DNA of 62,000 nt from Vicugna vicugna (Eukaryota). A model generated the notes under the pieces. That model was not told the origin of the DNA. It made no database searches and saw nothing but the letters and a program-made list of their open reading frames with translations. The stretch covers positions 1 through 62,000 of the forward strand of contig MU058004.1 in NCBI GenBank assembly GCA_013265495.1, given 5' to 3'. Shown piece after piece: positions 53,701 through 62,000 of this stretch. A program made the translations under genes and the position numbers. Position 1 is the stretch's first letter, and each line of letters starts with the position of its first letter.

Positions 53701-56180
53701 GGCCATGGGATCCCCAGGCCCTGCTTGTGAGCCCTGTAAGGCCCACCGAGGGCCCCTTTTATCACACAGCCTCAGGAGGAGTGTGCTGAGATCCCTGACA
53801 CTTGGGGGGATCAGGGATGGCCCCCAGCCCCACCTTCCACCCTCAGAGCTGCAGCCCTGCCTGTCTGCAGACTCACTCCGCTGGCCCCCGGCCTGCAGCC
53901 ACCTCAAGGACCCTGAGCTGCTCCAGCCTCCTCATTCCTCAGCTTCTGCTCTGTCCAGGACACAGAGGCCCCCAGCTCCCACCAAGGACCCTTGAGGGTG
54001 GAAGGTTTGCTATCTGGCTGCTGCTTCTGATCTGACTGTGGCCTGGGCAGTGTTCTGGGGCTTGGGACAAGTCCACGAGGAAGGGACAGAGACCCTGCCA
54101 CGTGTCTCCAGCAGGATCGTGAGACACGTACAGGTGCAGGTGAGGAGCTCGGCAAGGGCCGGCTGGGGCCAGCAGGTGCCAGGTGGCCTTGGTGAGAAGG
54201 GACATAAAGGAGAGCAGGGCAGGGGAAGCACAGGGCCCAGAAACTTCTCAAGACCAGGAAGGGGGGCCCTCAAGTGCCTGAGGCTCATGTTTCCACCCCC
54301 CACCAGGTTGGCCTCAGCTCTATTAAAGAATGCCACAGAAAGCTAGGACCCGTCTGGCCCGCTGGAGACGCGGGATGAGTTGCTCTGGCGAGTCCAGAGG
54401 GAAGGAGAGGGCCCACCCTCAAGGCTCTCAAGGAAGGCCAGGGCCTCGGCCCCCAGAGCCCTGAAGCCTTGGGGAGCACAGACCCCTCTCCCCGCCCACA
54501 GCTTCCCTCAGGACCCAACAGAGTGGTGTTCCCCGGTTCTCACCGCTTGTCTCCGGGTTTACACCCCGCAGGGCCAGACAGCCCCGCCTGACTCAGCATG
54601 GGAGGCGCTCATCACCAACGCAGCATTAGGGCAGCTCTCAGGGGCTGCGACCAGAACAAACCCAACCTCTTCGTCCACGAGGACCAACAGATGTTTAAAA
54701 CTGGGGCAGAATCTCCAGGACGGAGCACTTCTCAAGCAGGGCCCTGGAACAGCTCCGGGGGCTCACGCCCACAGCCGGCGCTGTTGTTGCAAGCACGCCC
54801 TTCACACGTCAGGAATGGCAAACAGAGCTGACCTCAGGCCTGGCGTCGCCAGCAGCAGGCAGGCCCCGGGGTGCTGGTCTAATTAAGACAAACGAGCTGG
54901 GCTGCCCAGCGTTTCTCCAGCCAAACAGTATTGAAGCTGCACGTGTGATGTGTTACTATTGCTTCCTGCCACATTTTCAGGCCTGCTCAGCACTTTTAGC
55001 AAGTGAAAAAGAGACGATTGTTTCCTATTTTACTGAGAACATTGGAGCAATCAGAAAAGAACTTCCACGTGCTCCCACCACAGCACCCGCCCCTGCCCCC
55101 CAAATGCTCCCACCCATGGCCACCTCTGTGGTGGGGACCGGCCCAGCCCAGCCCCCACTCAAGGGCACAGCCCCCGTGAGTCTTCCTCCCCATGCTCCTG
55201 TTTCACCAACCTCTCCCCTCACAGGCGCTCTCAGCGCATGCACGCAGTCCAGTCCGGCGGGCCCGGGCGTCCCAGCTGCCGACCTGGCTCCTCCAGGCCC
55301 GCAGAGAACCTTGCCACCTCTAATTCCTCTCCCCTGAGTCTCTCCTGATCCTCTCCAGTCAGGCTTTTCTCTCCCAGAGGCTGCCAAAAACGCCTCTGCT
55401 GACCCCCACTTTGCCAACTCCAGGGGTCAGCTCTCAGCCCTCATCCTGGGGACAGCAGGCCCCCGAGCAGAGCGCTCCCCATAGGGACCCCGTTCTTCCT
55501 GAGACTCCCGGTCGTCCCTCCACCGCTGGCTGCTGCCCCACTGCTCCGCCACCTCCTTCGCTGCTTCGCCTCGTCACCGCGGCCCCGCACGCATTTCCTA
55601 TTGCTGTTGTAGTAAATCACCACAATGTTGGTGGTTTGAAACAGCACAATTTTATTATCTTATGCTTCTGGAGGTCAGAAGTCTGCAATGGGTGTCACTG
55701 GGCTAAATCAAGGTGTCGACAAGATTGCCTTCCTTCTGGAGACTCCAGAGAGAATTCACTTCCTTGCCTTTTTCCATCTGCTAGAGGCTAGACACTTCCT
55801 CCATCTCCCATCTTCAAACCAGCAGCCTCGGCGTTCTGAGCTCACATCCATCGCCATGTTTCCTCTGACCCTGACACTCCTGCCCACATCCTACAATGAC
55901 TCGTGACTGCACTGGGTCCCCTGGATAGTCAGGTAACCTCCATCTCAAAGTCCTTCGTCTAATCGCACCTGCAGAACCCCCTTTGACATCTGAAGCAGCA
56001 TATTCACAGGCTTCGGGGATCCAGAAGTGGACATCTTTGGGGGCCATCATTCTGCTGCCCACACTCTGCCCTCTGGCCTCCAGAGTTTCACATGCAAACC
56101 CGACACGTAGAACACTTTCACCCCACCCCTGTCTCCAGAAGTCCTATGCGTTACAGTATCAAGTCAAAATACAAAAGATA

Positions 56181-57791
56181 TACAAAATTAATAGTCAAAA
56201 ATCAGTTGCCTTTCTTTACACTAACGATAAATCAACAGAAAAAGAAAGTAAAGAAACAATCCCCTTTAAAATAGCACCCAAAGTAATAAAATATCTGGGA
56301 ATAAATCTAACCAAGGAGGTGAAAGAATTATACACAGAAAACTATAAACCATTGATGAAGGAAATTAAAGAAGACTTTAAAAAATGGAAAGATATTCCAT
56401 GCTCTTGGATTGGAAGAATCAATATTGTTAAAATGGTCACACTGCCCAAGGCAATCTACAGATTTAATGCAATCCCTATCAAATTACCCAGGACATATTT
56501 CACAGAACTAGAACAAATCATAATAAAATTTATATGGAACCATCAAAGACCTAGAATTGCTAAAGCATTACTGAAGAGAAAGAAAGAGGCTGGAGGAATA
56601 ACTCTCCCAGACTTCAGACAATACTATAGAGCTACAGTCATCAAGACAGCATGGTATTGGTACCAAAACAGACATATGGACCAATGGAACAGAATAGAGA
56701 GCCCAGAAATGAACCCACAAACCTTTGGTCAACTAATCTTTGACAAAGGAGGCAAGAATATACAATGGAATAAAGACAGTCTCTTCAGCAAATGGTGTTG
56801 GGAAAACTGGACAGCAGCATGTAAAACAATGAAGCTAGAACACATCCTTACACCATATACAAAAATCAACTCCAAATGGATTAAAGACTTAAACATAAGA
56901 CAAGATACAATAAACCTCCTAGAGGAAAACATAGGCAAAACATTATCTGACATACATTTCAAAAATTTTCTCCTAGAAGAAATAAAAGCAAGAATAAACA
57001 AATGGGACCTAATGAAACTTACAAGCTTCTGCAGAGCAAAGGAAACCAGAAATAAAACAAGAAGAAAACCTACGGAATGGGAGAAAATTTTTGCAAGTGA
57101 AACCGACAAAGGCTTGATCTCCAAAATATATAAGCAGCTCATACGACTCAATAAGAAAAAAATAAACAACCCAATCCAAAAATGGGCAGAAGACCTAAAC
57201 AAGCAATTCTCCAAGGAAGACATACAAATGATCAAAAAGCACATGAAAAAATGTTCAATATCACTAATTATCAGAGAAATGCAAATCAAAACTACAATGA
57301 GGTATCACCTCACACCAGTCAGAATGGCCGTCATTCAAAAATCCAAAAATGACAAATGCTGGAGAGGCTGTGGAGAAAGGGGAACCCTCCTACACTGCTG
57401 GTGGGAATGCAGTTTGGTGCAGCCACTATGGAAAACAGTGTGGAGATTCCTCAAAAGACTAGGAATAGACTTACCATATGACCCAGGAATCCCACTCCTG
57501 GGCTTGTACCCAGAAGGAAATCTACTTCAGGATGACACCTGCACCCCAATGTTCATAGCAGCACTATTTACAATAGCCAAAACATGGAAACAGCCTAAAT
57601 GTCCATCAACAGGTGACTGGATAAAGAAGAGGTGGTATATTTATACAATGGAATACTACTCAGCCATAAAAACCGACAACATAATGCCATTTGCAGCAAC
57701 ATGGATGCTCCTAGAGAATGTCATTCTAAGTGAAGTAAGCCAGAAAGAGAAAGAAAAATACCATATGAGATCGCTCATATGTGGAATCTAA
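56181..57791 (+). CDS. L1 ORF2p C-terminal fragment (end of RT, thumb/wrist, CCHC knuckle), 536 codons without disablers
   Basis: [13 protein letters not shown]...[12 protein letters not shown]...[17 protein letters not shown]...[18 protein letters not shown]. Endonuclease and catalytic RT motif are missing, so the element is non-autonomous. Confidence 0.9.
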   Translation, partial: YKINSQKSVAFLYTNDKSTEKESKETIPFKIAPKVIKYLGINLTKEVKELYTENYKPLMKEIKEDFKKWKDIPCSWIGRINIVKMVTLPKAIYRFNAIPIKLPRTYFTELEQIIIKFIWNHQRPRIAKALLKRKKEAGGITLPDFRQYYRATVIKTAWYWYQNRHMDQWNRIESPEMNPQTFGQLIFDKGGKNIQWNKDSLFSKWCWENWTAACKTMKLEHILTPYTKINSKWIKDLNIRQDTINLLEENIGKTLSDIHFKNFLLEEIKARINKWDLMKLTSFCRAKETRNKTRRKPTEWEKIFASETDKGLISKIYKQLIRLNKKKINNPIQKWAEDLNKQFSKEDIQMIKKHMKKCSISLIIREMQIKTTMRYHLTPVRMAVIQKSKNDKCWRGCGERGTLLHCWWECSLVQPLWKTVWRFLKRLGIDLPYDPGIPLLGLYPEGNLLQDDTCTPMFIAALFTIAKTWKQPKCPSTGDWIKKRWYIYTMEYYSAIKTDNIMPFAATWMLLENVILSEVSQKEKEKYHMRSLICGI

Positions 57792-58112
57792 AAAACAAAA
57801 ACAAACAAACAAACAAAAACAAAGCATAAATACAGGACAGAAATAGACTCATGGACAGAGAATACAGACTTGTGGTTACCAGGGGGGTAGAGGGTGGGAA
57901 GGGATAGACTGGGATTTCAAAATTGTAGAATAGATAAACAAGATTACACTGTATAGCACAGGGAAATATACACAAAATGTTATGATAAATCACAGAGAAA
58001 AAAATGTGACAATGAGTGTGTATATGTCCATGAATGACTGAAAAATTGTGCTGAACACTGGAATTTGACACAACATTGTAAAATGATTATAAATCAATAA
58101 AAAATGTTAAAA
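56181..58112 (+). mobile_element. Young 5'-truncated LINE-1 (~1.9 kb)
   Basis: Uninterrupted ORF2 3' half, 3'UTR, AATAAA and A-tail. 15-bp TSD aaaatacaaaagata at 56166-56180 and 58113-58127. Insertion site tc|aaaa fits the L1 endonuclease. Confidence 0.97.
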
Positions 58113-58884
58113 AAAATACAAAAGATACCTCCTCTAAACGTAATCAATTCAAAGGTCCCAAATCTCATCACCTAGACAATCTAAGTTAAGGGCGGGTGAG
58201 GATCCAGGTGTAGTCCATCCTGACACACAATTCCTCTCTGTCTGTGAACATGTGACGCTCAAGACATAAGTTATCTTCTTCAAGTTACAATGTTGGGACA
58301 GGCACATGTTGACAGTTTTAGACCTTTCCATTCAAAAATGGAGGAAAAGGAAAGATAAAAGGAGCCACCAGTCCCAGGCAATTCCAAAATCCAGCTGGGC
58401 AAACAGCAGTAAGTTTCAAGGTCTGAGCATAATTCTTGGTGGGTCCCAGGTCTTGGGCTCCACTCTGGATTATCCTTCCTTTTTCATGAAAGGTGGCGCA
58501 TGTCTGCAGATAAGCAGTTTTATCAGCCTGGTTCCTGCCAGTAGAATTTTGAGAGGTCCAAAATTCTTTCATCTTTAATTGCATTCTATCTCTGTCCCTT
58601 TCAGTTCAAGCTGAAATCACAGTGTTTCTGATGATACCATGTTCTCAAGAGCTGTGTGTGTCTCCTGTGTGTGTCACAGGGCTTCATTCCATTTGACAGG
58701 GGGGCCCTCTACAGGGCTTTCCTAGGCGATTCTGTGTCCGTCGTCGGCTTCTGCTGGGATTGCTCAGGGGATCCCTGAGTCACACACCTAATCTCTTCAA
58801 AGAGTCCTGTGTGACTGACTACTCTGATCCACCAAGACATTAGTGAAAAGGTGGTCCAGCCACACCTTTGGCTTTCCTTCCAGA

Positions 58885-59270
58885 GCACATGTGCCTGTGT
58901 GCACGCACACATATACTCACACACTGCACACACTGTTAAGTGCATGCACTTACTCGTACCCACAGCATGCACGGACATGCACACACTCACACACACTGCA
59001 GCAAGCAGACACAACATTGCATGTGCACACACAGGCTCACAGCACACACAGACACACAGCATTGCAAGCACACAAGTTGTCACACAATACTGCGCATGCA
59101 CACACACAGTCCTGCAAACACACACACACAACGTGCACACACAACACACACCTTATGGGCACCTTGTATACACACCAAATACATAATAAACATGCACTGT
59201 GCACATACAGAATACACGGAAGCACATGCATTCTGTACCCACAGGGAAAGAGCCACACAGTACACTGAAG
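58885..59270. repeat. Degenerate (CA)-rich low-complexity tract
   Basis: Interrupted cacaca/tgca runs that generate H/T- and C/V-rich spurious ORFs. Confidence 0.9.
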
Positions 59271-60587
59271 TCTGTGCCCTGGGGGGTCTCACCTGATCAG
59301 ATTAGAGAAGCTGCCCAGGCAGGGTCTGAGAAGAGGGAACGTGGATGGGAGGCCCCAACAGAAGAGGACTTGAAAGACCCAAAGTCAAAACACACCCAGG
59401 ACCAGGTGACCTAAAGCAGGGGCCGGAGCCCGGGGGTCCCGCACGCAGGCAGCACACGGCCCAGAGGCCCGGGCGGGCAGTGTGAGCACGCGGGGCTGCA
59501 GGCAGCGCTGGCTGCGGCTGCAGCTCTGGCTCTGCCTCACCCTCGTGCCTTCCCCTCCCAGCCCCGAGCCCCTCTTCCTGAGTAAGGCCCCGGCCACAGG
59601 TCGGGGAGTCAGGGTGTGGACTCGTCCTCTGGGTCCACAGTCAGCTAGCGACAGACAGTACGTTAAAGTTTCCACGTGAAGAGTCCAGCACAAAGCGAGG
59701 ACTTGGGAAGGCGGCGCAGGTGCTGCTGAGGCCGTTGTGGGTTTGTTTCCAGAGCCTGCAGCTCCGCGGGACAGGGATGTTCCCTCCCCGCCGCCACCGA
59801 GATCCCAGACCCCAGTCTGGCCGGTGATGGCCATAGAGATGCCTCTCTGCTCTCCCAGCCCCCGGCCTCCGGCTGCTCCCGCCCTGGCGCCTCCCTCGTA
59901 AGATGCACAGAGCAGGGCCCGCGGCCAGTGCGCGGGATTTGGTGCCTCCCCACCACCCAGACAGACAGAGGACAGAGGCCTGGGAAGTGGTACAGGTCAG
60001 CATCGCTCACAAAGCAGGCACTTGGCAGGCAGACAACTGTTCACCCTGGTACCGGGAGGCTCAGCCCTCACCACACTCACAGCGGGGAGCTGCAGCTCCG
60101 AGAGACGCTGAGTGGCTGCCGGGCCCCTGTGTGGGAGCAGGTGGGTGGTAGTGCCAGGCTGGCCCAGCCCTGTGCTCTGTCCTTCCTACCTCAGCACACC
60201 AGCTCTGTGAGACCAAGGGCTTCAGCAGCAGAGGGATGGGGGCAACTCTGAGGCCATGTCTTGACTTAACTTCGCCTTCGTCCTTTGACCAGTCCTGTAG
60301 CAGGCGGCACTGCCCATTCACGCCGCTCCCTTCCCTCCCTGCCCCGTGTCGGGCTTGGCGGTGAGCCTTGCTGTGGACAGTGGAACGTGGGCAGTTCTGC
60401 GCAGGCGTCCCAGAGGCATGACACACTTCTGCTACCCCTCCCCCCATGCACCCCGGTCTGCTCCCCTCCATCCGGGTCCTGGGACGAGAGGTGAGAGGCA
60501 GTCTGGTGCTGATTCCGCAGCCAACACACAAATGTTTGAATGAGAAACACACGTTTGTTCCTAAAGCACTGGGGTTGGCAGGGTTAC

Positions 60588-60736
60588 CTGTGATGTCACA
60601 TCTCTGTGGCGACAGCTGACTGCTGGAGAACTGGGTCTCACGGTGGAGTGCTGCCACAATGAACCCTAAGCTGTACAGCACTGGCTGACGGATGTGGCGG
60701 TGAAGAAGCTGCTTTAGAAAGTTGGAAAATGGCAAC
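60588..60736 (-). other. Candidate 149-bp exon (LPFSNFLKQLLHRHIRQPVLYSLGFIVAALHRETQF...) of an unidentified minus-strand gene or pseudogene
   Basis: acacAG acceptor and AG|GTAACC donor around an open, protein-like frame. Confidence 0.35.
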
Positions 60737-61599
60737 CTGTGTTACGTAACGGTAAAAAAAATCACCGAAGCCCGATTCCTGCAATAAGCTGGAAAACAGG
60801 AAACACACCAAATGCAGCTCTGGCTTCGGGTGAAGAGCTTTCCAAGCAAAATATCTCTAGAGAGGATTCGCTGTCACCGCTGCACTCGGCAGAGCACCCG
60901 AATGACAAAGGTGAGCGCAGGGCAGGGCAGGCAAATCCGTGGCAGGGCTGAGAGGGGGCACGGGCAGCGGGGTGTCTGGCACCTGCGGGGCTGGCGGCAG
61001 GCCCGCTCCCTCCACCAGTAACGGACAACGCTGAGGAGCGCCTTGAGCTAGAGACGCCCCTCAAGACCGGAGCCTCGCACCAGGAGCTGGGGACGCCCCC
61101 TCAGCCCGCCCAGGACGCCCCTGCTGACCACCGGCTGGGGCCTCTGCCATCAGGGCGCTTATCTCCCTGTTTGCAGCAACTGGAATGGCCCTTCGCAGCC
61201 GCGTGTCTGCCATCCTGTTATGAAGGAAACATGCCGAGGGAAAGGGGGAGGGAGCACGCATAAAGACAACAACAGAGGTGCCAGGAGAGAGGCAGGCACC
61301 TCCGTCCCTGCCCTGAGCTGACCGCCCTCCCCTGTTCTCCACCAGAGATTTCAAGCCCCCCCCCCTAGTCAAGCTGCCCTGAACAAGAGGGGCAGAAGGA
61401 TGTCCACTCTGGATCCGGGCCCTTGCTCCTGGCTCTGGCAAGGAGAACTTCTGTGGCCTAAGTCCCTGACTTCTGCCAGGAAAGTGTCCCACACGTGTGC
61501 TTGGCCAGCCCGTGAACAGGCTCCTCCTGGGAAGGGGGGCACTTCTAGAAGCCGTGATCACTGCCTACCGTCTGGGAAAGGCTGCACGACCAGCAAAAG

Positions 61600-61695
61600 A
61601 CAGCCTGAGACTGAGCCAGATTTGAACATCCTGACTCTGCCAAGTCACAGCTGTGTGGCCCTGAGCAAGTCACTGAGCCTCCCTGAGTCTCGAGG
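61600..61695 (+). mobile_element. MIR fragment
   Basis: atcctgactctgcca...agctgtgtggccctgagcaagtcactgagcctccctgagtctc. Confidence 0.65.
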
Positions 61696-62000
61696 TCCAG
61701 ACTCACAGAAGCACCAGCAGTTACTGTTTCCCGCCCACAGGGTGTAAGGACAGCTCCTCTGCTGTGAGCACGAGGACGCGGCCTTCCTCCTCCTCCCTCT
61801 TCTCTTCTCTCCAGGGGGCAGGAGCCTCACACAGAGGGGTCCACATCAACGGGGTCCGTGCAGGCCCCGTCGCCTTTTATGCACTTCAGTCCCACCCCAC
61901 TCCCGCTCTCCTCTTTGGCACAAAGGCTACTGTTCTGACACCTTTATAATGTGCTGCACTTTCTGCAAAATGTGTCCGGCCGCCTGAGTGAACAGCAGAC

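Larger units (their letters stand above)
55595..58850 (-). mobile_element. MLT1 MaLR LTR (55595-56062) plus internal sequence (56063-56165, 58128-~58850), split by the young L1
   Basis: ttctggaggtcagaagtc...ctaaatcaaggtgtc...gtggacatctttgggggccatcattctgc LTR followed by MLT1-int-like sequence on both sides of the L1. Confidence 0.75.

Noticed and set aside
55983..56180. N-terminal 66 aa of the 602-aa ORF as part of a real fusion protein
   Set aside because: Lies outside the L1 TSD in antisense MLT1 sequence, starts at TTG and has no promoter evidence.
58709..59296. Cys/His-rich ORFs resembling metal-binding proteins
   Set aside because: Translations of a degenerate (CA)n tract.

Overview
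Mammalian genomic DNA with one 142-N assembly gap (1368-1509). A camelid source is my inference from the young L1 3' tails and the lack of recognisable Alu, BovB/Bov-A or Can SINEs. I can identify no complete, intact host protein-coding gene. Most listed six-frame ORFs are chance ORFs in GC-rich or repeat-derived DNA. Well-supported content: (1) a minus-strand KRAB-type C2H2 zinc-finger pseudogene (30.5-33.3 kb) that still has a CpG-island promoter; (2) a young 5'-truncated L1 with an uninterrupted ORF2 3' half and 15-bp TSDs (56.2-58.1 kb); (3) many older L1, L2, MIR, MLT1, MER2 and ERV1 LTR pieces, including two solo LTRs with 4-bp TSDs; (4) an ancient ~6.5-kb-offset tandem duplication at the left end, carrying the promoter, exon 1 and a 69-bp exon 2 of an unidentified minus-strand gene, whose copies have decayed in complementary ways; (5) a 220-bp near-perfect inverted repeat (49.0/50.6 kb); (6) a GGGCAGG-core minisatellite; (7) several weaker exon-like relics. 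All alignments and repeat-family names were made by eye or from memory and need BLAST/RepeatMasker confirmation.
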